DNA from: Candidatus Heimdallarchaeota archaeon
Lineage (GTDB): Archaea > Asgardarchaeota > Heimdallarchaeia > Hodarchaeales > Hodarchaeaceae
Direction of reading: 5' to 3'
DNA length: 64,000 nt
Assembly: GCA_048881705.1 (NCBI GenBank)
Contig: JBHLSH010000009.1
Coordinates: forward strand, 8,466-72,465
The notes under the pieces are model-generated. The model searched no databases. It saw only the letters and a program-made list of their open reading frames with translations, and had not been told where the DNA came from. The position numbers and the translations under genes were made by a program. Shown piece after piece: positions 18,946-29,269 of this stretch (its first letter is position 1; each line of letters starts with the position of its first letter).

Positions 18946-19248
18946 TCAGGAGGATGTTCCACCATGGATCACGGGGATGAAGGCCAACGTATCATCTTGT
19001 TGAACCAAAGTGTCCATGCCAGACAGGGCGGAGATTTCCTGATCATTTAAAAAGACCAGTAACGACCGTTTCACTTCTAGGGTTTCAGAAAAGAAACTAC
19101 GTAACTCCTCGTATTGTGGATCTTGGGTGAGCTCGGCCACGATTAACCTCACGCTAGTGTTGGTTTCGATTGGCCAAAGCAAGGAGGGGCGGTTAAGATC
19201 ATGTCTGAGCGAACCCAGGAACTTTAGCTGTATTTTCTTGAGAACCAT
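18946..19248 (-). CDS. Urm1/SAMP-like ubiquitin-fold protein with a C-terminal extension (…IHGG-TSS)
   Basis: Beta-grasp pattern LLVFLNDQEI...DTLAFIPVIHGG; the DNA reads CAT GGT GGA ACA TCC TCC TGA. Confidence 0.85.
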   Translation of the reverse strand: MVLKKIQLKFLGSLRHDLNRPSLLWPIETNTSVRLIVAELTQDPQYEELRSFFSETLEVKRSLLVFLNDQEISALSGMDTLVQQDDTLAFIPVIHGGTSS

Positions 19249-19275
19249 GGTTACATCATTTAAGAAATAAAGATA

Positions 19276-19418
19276 TGCGCCGGCCGGGAATTTTGGAAAA
19301 CAGCCGCTAAAAACCTCAAAGGTTCAACATCTGCCTTCTTTCGAACCCGGGTTACCAGCTCACTCCAACCAATAAGATTATGGGAGGCTGGTATCTTACC
19401 AGGCTGGATTACCGGCGC
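19276..19418 (-). tRNA. trnG: tRNA-Gly(CCC) with two introns: 19361-19380 at 37/38 and 19290-19339 at 59/60
   Basis: Removing both introns gives a 73-nt cloverleaf (GCGCCGG acceptor, CCAGC/GCTGG anticodon stem, TTCGAAT T-loop); both introns form bulge-helix-bulge motifs. Confidence 0.92.
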
Positions 19419-19635
19419 AAGGAACTATTCTTCAATCATTAAAGATCATTTTGGGTGCAGGAGATCATTACGGGGTGGATTCCCTGCGTATTTGATCTAT
19501 TTACTTCCGCGTTATTTGTATTTTCTTTGCGATGCTGTTATCCTATCTCCTCCAAGGAAAAGAAAACGAGATTAGTGTTAATCAATGGTAAGCAAAGATT
19601 TTTCGTTTAAACATTTCAAAAACTAAAGGCAGAAT

Positions 19636-20400
19636 CTAGCGAAAAACATCGGTTGCGGGATCTCGCATTAGTTCTAGTGCTGAGGCCTCAGCCTCATTGT
19701 ATTCTACTCCCCGTACGATTATTACTGGAGTTCCTTCATCAGCCTGCCCCATTACGAGTCCTGCTGCAGCCGCGACCTCATCAGCGCGGGCAACGATTGT
19801 AGATACCATTTCATATCCATACAGATCTTTTCGCCCCCGGTAATCTTCGAGAGGATGAATCCCAGCAATCCCAATTGCAACATTCGTCGTTCCAATACGT
19901 AATGGACGCCCAAATGTGTCAGAAATGATGACAGCGACCCTTTTTCCCAACTGTTTATTTATATAATCACGGATCTTACGAGCAGAATGATCTGGATCAT
20001 CTGGAAGTGATATCACGGCGTCACCTGGCGCGTTCGATTTATCTACCCCACTATTGGCGCAAACAAACCCATGTGAGCCATGTTTGGTAGCTGTAATTAA
20101 CACTCGATCATTCATCCGGACGATCTCATTCGTTTCTCGTAGGATCACTTCAATTTTGCGGGGGTCTTTATCTTGTAATTCACCAATATGCCTAGCCAAG
20201 GGACTTGGTTCAATTTGATCAAGATCAAAGATCTTTCCTTCGGCAATTGATACTATTGTATGAGCTATGACGATAATATCATCATCTCGAAGATTGACAT
20301 CCCGTAAATTGGAAACAAGAATTTTTTCTAAATTGTCCCCTGGCCTAATGAGAGGAAAATCATGAAGTGGAAATATTGTGACTGTTCCACGCTCTGGCAA
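19636..20400 (-). CDS. cofE: Coenzyme F420-0:L-glutamate ligase
   Basis: IVSIAEG, CANSGVDKSN, IISDTFGRPLR and DEVAAAAGLVMGQ motifs. Confidence 0.94.
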   Translation of the reverse strand: MPERGTVTIFPLHDFPLIRPGDNLEKILVSNLRDVNLRDDDIIVIAHTIVSIAEGKIFDLDQIEPSPLARHIGELQDKDPRKIEVILRETNEIVRMNDRVLITATKHGSHGFVCANSGVDKSNAPGDAVISLPDDPDHSARKIRDYINKQLGKRVAVIISDTFGRPLRIGTTNVAIGIAGIHPLEDYRGRKDLYGYEMVSTIVARADEVAAAAGLVMGQADEGTPVIIVRGVEYNEAEASALELMRDPATDVFR

Positions 20401-20540
20401 TTGATATATCCCTCAAGTTAAGAACAGGTCGGGTACCTCTTAGACAACCTCAGACCGCTCATCGTAAATCATTACAAGCTTTCTGTTCTTTCATTTAAGT
20501 GTCATCATAGGCTGACCGAAAATCACCATTTCAACTGCGA

Positions 20541-21293
20541 TTATATTCCAAATTCTGCAGGTCGGGCCTTGACTTGTTCGGTGAGGTCTTTTAACAACTG
20601 TTTGACCTTTTCGGTTTGAGTAGTGTTTCCAACTGCGTGATACTTCTCATGAGCTTTGGCTAGAAGATCAATGACTTCCTTTACGTTTTCGCGGGCGCTG
20701 ATCAACGCTTTGGCCCGACGATATAATGCATGTGCTTCATATCGAGTTGGGTCTTCTCGCCCTTTCTTAAATTCCTCCACAGCTTTTTCTAAAAAGAAGG
20801 CTTTATCAAAGTCGGATTCCATAGCTGCGCCCCTTTGAACAAATGATCGCGCTCGAGCTCGCGCTGCCTCCATTTCCATTCCTACAGTCTGATATAATGC
20901 CCCTGCAGACTCAAAAAGACGGGCGGATTCGATAAATTCTCCATTTTGTGCCTTAACCTTTGCGAGTTCACCTTGAGTTTGAGCCTGTACGGTTCGGGCA
21001 TGCTTAGCTTCATCACTAAATCCCTCGGTTGAGAAAGTTACGTTTGCTTTTCCGAAGAACCTGATAGCGTCGAGAAATTCTCCAGCCAACATATGAATGT
21101 AACCTTGGGCGCAGAATTCATAGGCCGTTGCACGTCGACTTAATTTCTTTTGATCACCATCCAAAAGGTACTTAGCTGCCCGTTCGAAACTTGACTTGGC
21201 CTCCTCATATCGTTGGGCCTCGTAGAAGGTCATACCTTGGTCGAATTCTTCTTGGCCTTTCTTTTGTTTTCCGCTCTTTCTAAAGGAAAGCAT
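20541..21293 (-). CDS. TPR/SNAP-like alpha-solenoid protein
   Basis: Helical repeats such as YEEAKSSFERAA and FIESARLFESAG; likely start is the ATG at 21293 (MLSFRK). Confidence 0.75.
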   Translation of the reverse strand: MLSFRKSGKQKKGQEEFDQGMTFYEAQRYEEAKSSFERAAKYLLDGDQKKLSRRATAYEFCAQGYIHMLAGEFLDAIRFFGKANVTFSTEGFSDEAKHARTVQAQTQGELAKVKAQNGEFIESARLFESAGALYQTVGMEMEAARARARSFVQRGAAMESDFDKAFFLEKAVEEFKKGREDPTRYEAHALYRRAKALISARENVKEVIDLLAKAHEKYHAVGNTTQTEKVKQLLKDLTEQVKARPAEFGI

Positions 21294-21551
21294 TCTAAGG
21301 GAACTCCACAGGTAATTTTTGAGAAAATGAGTATGGGAACAATATACTTGAATTTTCCTCCAAATTAAGGATGAAAACGCAGAGCATAAGAAGATTATCA
21401 ATCAATTAAGAAGTAAAGAAAGCCTAATAAGGAAAGCCTTGTATGGATACCCATCTTAGACTTATTCCCCCTGCATTCTTGAGAATCCCAAATTCACAAG
21501 GTTCCTGGTGTCAACATCGCGACAGGGGTTGTTCTCTTTGGTGGATCTTGA

Positions 21552-24500
21552 ATGAAGAAAAATCAATGTGTTTCATTGTTCGTTCTTATGATTGTAGTGG
21601 TTTTTGCAACTTCTACCCCGATTTTTCTCAATATGTATTCTACGGATAGCATAGATCCCATTATCCCGTTTTTCCTTAGAAGATATGTCACACCGTTACG
21701 AAAAGACCCTCCTCAAATACGCACCCCTGATGTCCAAACAGGAATAATCAGTTCCGGATCTACCCCTTACCCAAATGCTCCTCGTCAACCTCGTTTTGAG
21801 ATCGTGAATCAAAAACCAGTCTATTTTCCAGGTGACAGCATTCGCGTCAGGAATCGCTTTAGTACAATTGAGGATCCCCAATATGCTGTTCTCAACTTGA
21901 ATGTCTCTATTTATCTTCATAAGGAGGGGTATTCCAGCCTAACAGATCCCAGCCATTGGTTCAGGAATGAAACCACTAATTTTACGGCGCCCTTACCAAT
22001 GGTCCCTATTTCTGACCAGGCTTCGGAGGGGTGGATAGATTTTACATTTCTGATTCCTAGTATTTCAGAACTCACGAGCTACGGTATCGCATCAGGGGAC
22101 AATGTAACGATTTACCAGTACTGTCAACCCAATAAGACTAAATTTTTGGAGGGTCTTGACCCCATCGCGTTTGCAGACAACTTTACATTAAGTGCGTTCA
22201 CTTTGGTAGGGGCTAAGGGTACAGGTTTTGTGAATAATTTTACCGGCGATAATACCTTTCGTCAAGGGGAAAATGCCACAGCTATTATTCGAGTTTTTTC
22301 AGGATCCGACAATCTCTCCAATGTACCTATCACAGCAACTCTTTATGATTCTTCTAATACACCTATCGCCAACAACACGAGTGGGATCAGTTATTATCTC
22401 ACTAATTCTTCGGGAACTACGCAAACATATACCGACGGGAACGGAGAACTGAGACTTGTTGTAAATACGTCCTACCCAACCGTACCTCAAGATACCTATT
22501 ATTTCAATGTAACGGCCGATCTCTTCGGAACGGGGTATTTTTCACGATTTTATGATCCTGGTACTCCCAGTGTTAATATTGCATTTAATACCACCGATTT
22601 TAACTTCACGGTACAGAACGAAATGGACACTATAGACCTCCAGTTGATAAGCGCAGTGCCTCAACCCCTCGATCCCCCTAACCAAAACATTACAATTGTA
22701 ACGTTCCGAGTTCGGGCCCTATATGTTTATGGCATTCCAGGTACCTATTATTATCCCCAAAACATGCCTGTTAATGCGATATTAAATTCCAACCCTGCCG
22801 GGGTGACCCTATCGATTGCAAAGGGTTTTACAAGTAATGGATCGACTGATTGGGCGCTTACCAATAGTTCAGGGTATGTGGCGTTCAATATTACAGCTTC
22901 TTTTCCAACTCTATATTTGGATGATATAATAAAGAATATTACGGGGAGAGTTAATTTACAGAACGATATAACTCCTCAATATCCCTATCACACCGCGCCG
23001 TCCCCACAGCCGCATCGATTTATGAGAAACGCCACCAATGGAGTAAATGCCTCTTGGACGGAAACCATTTCAATTATCCCTGATTTTTGGGTCGGTAATA
23101 TATACCTAGCATCAATCGATACTACAACCATCCGCCCTGGGGACTCTGTAAAACTGGCGTTTGAAGTCAACTCGACCCAAGCACCAGGTGTTGATTTTGC
23201 AGGAGTTCCAGTTAATGTTTCACTTAATCAACCCATTCCAGGGGTTTCATTAAGCTCTCCGAATCTTGAAGCATACCCAAATTATCACGAAACAAATGGA
23301 ACTGGCCACTATGAATTACTGATCAGTACGATCTATCTGCTTACGCCAGAAGTGGTCCAAAGTATTATCCTTGACCTCATCGTGGATTTTGAAAACGATT
23401 CTGAAGTAAGGTGGATTGGAACTCAAAATGCTGGAACGGCAAGTTTAGTGGAGTTTAATACAACCTGGCGTACAGCCCAATCTTCAGTTGTGACCATTCA
23501 TCCGCAGTTCACTAATTTTTCAGTTAGTTTGGACACGACCAATGAAACAGGTGACACGACCATCCGTTCCGGTGATGGACTGACCTTAACATTTAAAGTT
23601 CAAGAAGAAGGCGGGGGTCCCATCTTGGCTGACGTTCCCGTTAACGTTTCTCTAGCTAGCGCGTACGCGGGCGTCTCTCTAAATACCATCATATCTGGAG
23701 GACCTCATCCTAATCCCGGATATTTTAATACTACTGGCGCTGGAATAATTACGGTAGAGTTATCTACTACTTATGGGACAACTCCAAAAAACCTTGATAT
23801 CTTTCTTCAAGTCACTGCCGATTTTGAGAATGATTCTAGCTTGAATTCAGTTTGGTACATAGGTCAAAAACCTATTGGCGTGAATTTTAAGTCAAATAGC
23901 TCGTTTTCGGATCTGACTACTCCAGTTAGGGTAAGACCACAATATTTCACTGGAGAAATCTATGTTGCAGGGGGCCCAAATCCCAATGCCACTCTGATCC
24001 AACAGAAGGAAACGATTAGAATTGAATTCCGACTCCGACTCGATTATGCTGGTATAAACTATGCCTCCAGTATCACTGGCGTGAATATCTCGATTCAGAT
24101 CAATAACTCTGATCCCGTAGCTTGGGCTATGCGCGTGTTAAATGTCACACTACTACCTGCCCTCAGCCAGGATTCCGTTGCGAGCTTGGTTGTTTTTTAT
24201 ATTCAAACCAATGTTACGGGAACTACACCTGAAGCGGACTATAATATTACGGCTACAGCGGATTTCCTGGCTGCAAAAGGGCTGACCTATAACGTCACCC
24301 ATGCGACTGTACCCACAGGAAAACTTCTTGGAACGTGGGTGAATGGTTCCACGACTGAAGACAATTCTTCAGTCACCCAAATGTTTAGGGTCGAAAATAT
24401 CGATCGAATTAACATTCAAGTTGAAAGTCTTTCCGACCTTTCGCATACAGACGAAGGCTTTAATGCTAGCTCTGGTTTCTATGAAGTATATCGAGACACC

Positions 24501-26681
24501 ACCTCCATTACGCTGAATGGAACCTATGAAGACGCAACTGGCCAAGGACGCTCTTCCACTCTCATTCTTGCCTATAATTATACAGGGGGATCTAATCCGT
24601 ACGATCTCACCTCGGTGACCTCAAATGCCCAGGGATTCTTCTCCACCACAATTATCCTCAATAGTACAGTTCCATTAGCGGATCTTACTATCTACGGACG
24701 TGACACTGTAACGCGTACACCCCAAGAAATTCGAATCGGATTGAGCTCCATTCGAGTAATGACCACCGTTGTATTTAGCGGCCATTCCAGGAGCGGCACA
24801 TATAACGGGACTGCGGTTTATGTCGGAGAAACCGTTAGTGTCTCTGGTACTCTTCTTGATGAACAAGGTGTAACCATCAACTCGGGAGAGCTTGTGAATC
24901 GTTTACGGCTCATCGGTTGGAACGCCACCAATAAGGTCGAAATAGGGACCCCTGTGACTGGAAGCCCTATTGCAGGGATTTATGGTTTGACTTATCAGAT
25001 TCCATCTAACTTCCTAGGAGATATCCTGTTTATCCGTTTAAACCTGACAATGAGCGCGGCCCTTCTTCACTATAGAGTCAATTATGTTGAGTTTTCCGTT
25101 CCCATCTATCGCGATTTCCAAGTTTCTAACTTGGAGATGTTCTTTCCATCAACAGGCGGCACCCTGTCCGTAACAAACGGCAGCGTGTATCTCATTACAG
25201 GGATTCAGAACCGTACTTTCCTCATTTCAGGAACCTTGCAAGATTCTATTAGTCGGAGCCTTGTTGATAAGGAGATTAACGACAGATTGGGAGCAGTAGG
25301 TCGGAGGCGCGCCGTAACTTCCATTGGGTTCTTTAACCTTCAATATAACTTTACAGGCTGGAACAACGCCACATTTGTTTGGACGCTTCATCATTTAACA
25401 GATGCCGGTACAAATCTTACCACTCATTACAATCTTACTCTTCAATGGGAAATTTATGATACTACGAGTCCCTCCATTACGGTGACGAGTCCGACAGGGT
25501 TCGATAATGTATCGACACTCGCGAATACTGCTAGTACCCGAATCAATGCTACAATCTTTGATCCTGATTTCACGACGAGTCCTGGATATGTATCTCTTGG
25601 TTTAGATGCTGCTAGTATCACTATCATGATCAATAGTAGTGTTCCAGTATCGGCACCCATGGTTTCGGTAGGAGGCAATGACTATTCATACGTTTGGGAT
25701 ACTTCATCATCAGCGGATGAGATTTACAACATTACCATCATAGCCCTTGATAACGCGGGGAATGAACGACGACTTGTCACCTTTGTTGTGGTAGATCTGA
25801 TCCAACCAACCGCAACACTCAATATTCCCGTTAGTGGAAGTCCTCCCTATGTAACCGTAGATTTGGAAGGGAATGCGGTTATTACTGGAACAATCACGGA
25901 TAATCCATCTGTGGGTGGCCGTCAAAGTGGTATTAATGAGACGTCCATTGCTTTTCGTATTCAGGATATCAATAGTGGAACCACCATCCTAACAAAGGAT
26001 AGCGTTAGTATTGGATTTATTTCCGCTTCAGGCGATTATTCGTACAATTGGACGATTATTTTCACTTCTAATCAAACACGGAACTCTCAATTCACAGTAT
26101 CTGAGGACTGGAATATCATTCTTGACTACGAAGATCTTGCAGGAAACGCTCAGACAACCCAACAATCCATAAAACTAGATAATACACCCCCAAGTCTTGG
26201 AATAGTGGAAGCCCCTCCTACAGTTATCATTAATGATACAGTGGAATTTACTATATCATTCGCAGATCCTGGCGGGAGTGGTATTGATGCTAACTCCCTG
26301 CGAGTTTATCTCATTAGCGCTGCAACTTCACAAACTTTTCAAGTTATACCACCCTCTTTAACTACCACTCCTCTCACTAACGATCAATATGGAATCTCAC
26401 TCGTGATCTCCTCTCTGCCGAATGGAGTGTATGCATGGAACGTCACTGGAGTCGATAGGACAGGAAATCTTGGCATGCTTTCTGGCCAATTTTTAATTAA
26501 TCGTCCTATAACTACGACTCCCACTAATACCACCACCACTGGCCCACCAGCTGGCCCCCTTCTGGGTCCATTAGATATTATCCAGTTCATCCTTTTCGAT
26601 CTGGTTGCATTAGGGGTCGGCGTGGGCCTGGCGGTAGTTTATGAACGGTTAAAGGTTGTGAGACGGAGAGAGCAAAGTTAA
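21552..26681 (+). CDS. Giant (1709 aa) cell-surface protein with tandem Ig-like repeats, Thr-rich linker and C-terminal TM anchor
   Basis: N-terminal hydrophobic signal; repeated ~120-140-aa beta units (xxIRxGD...VPVNVSL...ADFEND); many N-x-S/T sequons; TTTPTNTTTT linker, TM helix and basic tail. Confidence 0.88.
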   Translation: MKKNQCVSLFVLMIVVVFATSTPIFLNMYSTDSIDPIIPFFLRRYVTPLRKDPPQIRTPDVQTGIISSGSTPYPNAPRQPRFEIVNQKPVYFPGDSIRVRNRFSTIEDPQYAVLNLNVSIYLHKEGYSSLTDPSHWFRNETTNFTAPLPMVPISDQASEGWIDFTFLIPSISELTSYGIASGDNVTIYQYCQPNKTKFLEGLDPIAFADNFTLSAFTLVGAKGTGFVNNFTGDNTFRQGENATAIIRVFSGSDNLSNVPITATLYDSSNTPIANNTSGISYYLTNSSGTTQTYTDGNGELRLVVNTSYPTVPQDTYYFNVTADLFGTGYFSRFYDPGTPSVNIAFNTTDFNFTVQNEMDTIDLQLISAVPQPLDPPNQNITIVTFRVRALYVYGIPGTYYYPQNMPVNAILNSNPAGVTLSIAKGFTSNGSTDWALTNSSGYVAFNITASFPTLYLDDIIKNITGRVNLQNDITPQYPYHTAPSPQPHRFMRNATNGVNASWTETISIIPDFWVGNIYLASIDTTTIRPGDSVKLAFEVNSTQAPGVDFAGVPVNVSLNQPIPGVSLSSPNLEAYPNYHETNGTGHYELLISTIYLLTPEVVQSIILDLIVDFENDSEVRWIGTQNAGTASLVEFNTTWRTAQSSVVTIHPQFTNFSVSLDTTNETGDTTIRSGDGLTLTFKVQEEGGGPILADVPVNVSLASAYAGVSLNTIISGGPHPNPGYFNTTGAGIITVELSTTYGTTPKNLDIFLQVTADFENDSSLNSVWYIGQKPIGVNFKSNSSFSDLTTPVRVRPQYFTGEIYVAGGPNPNATLIQQKETIRIEFRLRLDYAGINYASSITGVNISIQINNSDPVAWAMRVLNVTLLPALSQDSVASLVVFYIQTNVTGTTPEADYNITATADFLAAKGLTYNVTHATVPTGKLLGTWVNGSTTEDNSSVTQMFRVENIDRINIQVESLSDLSHTDEGFNASSGFYEVYRDTTSITLNGTYEDATGQGRSSTLILAYNYTGGSNPYDLTSVTSNAQGFFSTTIILNSTVPLADLTIYGRDTVTRTPQEIRIGLSSIRVMTTVVFSGHSRSGTYNGTAVYVGETVSVSGTLLDEQGVTINSGELVNRLRLIGWNATNKVEIGTPVTGSPIAGIYGLTYQIPSNFLGDILFIRLNLTMSAALLHYRVNYVEFSVPIYRDFQVSNLEMFFPSTGGTLSVTNGSVYLITGIQNRTFLISGTLQDSISRSLVDKEINDRLGAVGRRRAVTSIGFFNLQYNFTGWNNATFVWTLHHLTDAGTNLTTHYNLTLQWEIYDTTSPSITVTSPTGFDNVSTLANTASTRINATIFDPDFTTSPGYVSLGLDAASITIMINSSVPVSAPMVSVGGNDYSYVWDTSSSADEIYNITIIALDNAGNERRLVTFVVVDLIQPTATLNIPVSGSPPYVTVDLEGNAVITGTITDNPSVGGRQSGINETSIAFRIQDINSGTTILTKDSVSIGFISASGDYSYNWTIIFTSNQTRNSQFTVSEDWNIILDYEDLAGNAQTTQQSIKLDNTPPSLGIVEAPPTVIINDTVEFTISFADPGGSGIDANSLRVYLISAATSQTFQVIPPSLTTTPLTNDQYGISLVISSLPNGVYAWNVTGVDRTGNLGMLSGQFLINRPITTTPTNTTTTGPPAGPLLGPLDIIQFILFDLVALGVGVGLAVVYERLKVVRRREQS

Positions 26682-26808
26682 CGAAAGCGATTCTCATGTT
26701 GGAATAGAATGGAAAGAAAGATAAAAGAACAGAAATTTGGTAAAGGTATTAAGATAAAAATCCACAAGATTTGACTGATAGATCGAAATTAAGGACCCGT
26801 GACAAACT

Positions 26809-27324
26809 ATGAATGGAAGCAATTTCTTTGGTCAATTTATCACCCCTGGACAAGATTTGATCCTTGCTATTGCGATTATTGTTGCACTCGTGATCGGATT
26901 CTTGGTATATACTTTTAGATCCCAGATTATTGATCGACTTGGAGTTGGGGCGGCCAAGAAAACTGTTATCGAACAGGATATTGAACAACAGCTTGTACAG
27001 ATTCGGCAGCTGGCCAGACAGCAAATGTTTCGTGAGGCTTCTGTTCTCATGTGGCAGACGATGACCACCGCTGCGGAAGGTTTTCTCGGAGTATATAGGA
27101 GTCCCAACGAGACGGCTCGCCAACTTGGGGTCAAGCTCATGAATCGAGGTGATGTGGATCCAGGCGCCATTAACGCCATTGTTATTGCATTTGAAAAAGC
27201 TCGATATGGACAAACCCCACTCACCAACCAAGAATTCAAAGATGGGCTTTCTGGACTTCACCAATTCCTTCAAATGGCAACTTCAGTCGCGGAAATCGTA
27301 GAAGGCGCAGAAGAAGTTGCATAA
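26809..27324 (+). CDS. DUF4129-domain membrane protein
   Basis: N-terminal TM helix; PNETARQL...FEKARYG is the DUF4129 pattern. Confidence 0.8.
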   Translation: MNGSNFFGQFITPGQDLILAIAIIVALVIGFLVYTFRSQIIDRLGVGAAKKTVIEQDIEQQLVQIRQLARQQMFREASVLMWQTMTTAAEGFLGVYRSPNETARQLGVKLMNRGDVDPGAINAIVIAFEKARYGQTPLTNQEFKDGLSGLHQFLQMATSVAEIVEGAEEVA

Positions 27325-27425
27325 AGAAGGAAAAAAACCGATTGATTATCAATACCACGAAAATAAATTACATGAAATCTTCAACAAAGAACAGATATCT
27401 CAAATTTTGCTGAACGGGCTTAAAT

Positions 27426-29189
27426 ATGGTAGAAATCAACCGTAGTACGAGCGCCTTGATCGTTTTGGCCATTTTTATCAGCTATCCCTTTCTTGCAGCC
27501 GTTTTCTTGGGATTCTTTTTCGCTGGGAACACTACGAACTTTAGTATATACAATACGGGTGCATTTGGTGCTAGTGAATTTATGCAACGATTTGAGGACC
27601 ATCCCAATGAGGGTCAAATTTCTACAATAGTAGGGAGTTCAAATGTTCTGAATAGATTAAATTCTTCCGAGATGAACGACAGCCAAGGCAGCCTTATCAT
27701 TCTTGGTCCCGCTATTCATTATGATTTTTCAGAAGCACTTGCTATTCTCATGTACGCTATTAATGGGGGCAGAGTGTTGATTGCCGATGATTTTGGAACA
27801 GCGAATGACATTCTAGGTGTCCTTTCTATATTCCTTGGATTTATGTCAGAAATCGATCTGGGTTCATCCCTGGGATTTGGCGGATCTGAGGGTCTCAACT
27901 TATTAGGTATGAATTCCTCCACTGGCGGAGGGGGATTAAGCGGCAGTGGAACGAACACCACAACGGGGGAAACTGTCAATGCAAGTTTCAATTTTCCCAT
28001 TGCAGGGGTTGCGATCAATGGAAGCCTACTGGCCGATCAAGGTAGTTATAACGATACACCACTTACCCCCGTTTTTAGTTTCCCCTCTTCTACTACCCAA
28101 ACCGCTACTCAATACTTACTTCCTGCCCCTTGGGTAACTAGTTTTACCAACGGCCTTAGTGGAAATGGCATTATCGGGAATTTTGCTAGTATTATCACCA
28201 TGAAAGTTCGTTATCCAGATATTAATTCCTCCGGTTATCCATCGAATCCAGATTATCTAACCAGATGGGTACCCATGGGCGAATTCCCTGCTTCAGTCCA
28301 GCAGGCGTTTGATAATGCGGAATTAAACAACCTAGGTATCGAACTACCTGATATTTCATTTAGCCTGCAAATCGCGGTTTTATATAGCAGTTCTGAGGCC
28401 TGGTTAGAATCTGATCTTGCTGCAGCAAGACAAAATGTTAATAATATCAATCCAAATCTGAACGAATGGGGTAATCCCAACATAGGTTTTCCTGTTTTTG
28501 TCTATTTTCCTTTTCCACTAGGTGGACAAATTATATTATGTTCAGATCCTTCTATTTTTATCAATCAATATATTGATACAACAAATTATCCTGGAGCAGG
28601 CCTTTACGACAATAGTGACTTCACAGACAATGTAGTCGACTTGATAATGCAAGACAGGCAGGGTCAAACCATCATTTTCGATGAGGGCCACCTAGCTAAC
28701 GCACCTTTTGCTCCTATTCTCCCCCTCAGCCTTTACCTGAAGTTCTTGGATATGATTACCATGTTTCCTCTGTTCGCCTGGGCTTTACCCTTTGTCGCGA
28801 TATTTCTGTCACGACGTTTCATGCCCAAACGCGAGCAAGCCAAACCTCTGCTCCTAACACGAGTCGAACGGTACTATGGGCGTAGTTTCTTTGCGGTCAA
28901 AATGCGCTGGTTCCTCGAGTACCGTCAATTTTCCAGAGGTCTGGAACTCATATTCCGACGTTTAAAACGGAACCTAATCCGTCGATATAATCCCGAAGAG
29001 GAACTCACTCCAGATGTCATAGCGATTTATTTGGAAAATGAATTTGGCCCCGAGCGCTTTGACTATAAATCTACCCGGCAAACTCTGATTGCTATCGAAG
29101 ATGTGATTACTAATCGGGCTCCCATTACCGAAGAGGAATTTCTGAGTCATTATCTTTTTCTGAAAGGAATTGGCGCAGAAATAAGCTAA
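27426..29189 (+). CDS. DUF4350-domain membrane protein
   Basis: FSIYNTGAFGASEF, VLIADDFG, SDPSIFIN and IIFDEGH motifs; flanking TM helices. Confidence 0.8.
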   Translation: MVEINRSTSALIVLAIFISYPFLAAVFLGFFFAGNTTNFSIYNTGAFGASEFMQRFEDHPNEGQISTIVGSSNVLNRLNSSEMNDSQGSLIILGPAIHYDFSEALAILMYAINGGRVLIADDFGTANDILGVLSIFLGFMSEIDLGSSLGFGGSEGLNLLGMNSSTGGGGLSGSGTNTTTGETVNASFNFPIAGVAINGSLLADQGSYNDTPLTPVFSFPSSTTQTATQYLLPAPWVTSFTNGLSGNGIIGNFASIITMKVRYPDINSSGYPSNPDYLTRWVPMGEFPASVQQAFDNAELNNLGIELPDISFSLQIAVLYSSSEAWLESDLAAARQNVNNINPNLNEWGNPNIGFPVFVYFPFPLGGQIILCSDPSIFINQYIDTTNYPGAGLYDNSDFTDNVVDLIMQDRQGQTIIFDEGHLANAPFAPILPLSLYLKFLDMITMFPLFAWALPFVAIFLSRRFMPKREQAKPLLLTRVERYYGRSFFAVKMRWFLEYRQFSRGLELIFRRLKRNLIRRYNPEEELTPDVIAIYLENEFGPERFDYKSTRQTLIAIEDVITNRAPITEEEFLSHYLFLKGIGAEIS

Positions 29190-29269
29190 GAAAACCAATC
29201 TCAACGAAAGAGGATTTAATCTCAAGCACATTAATAAATCTCCTTAATACATCAATCTAAGATCTAGAA

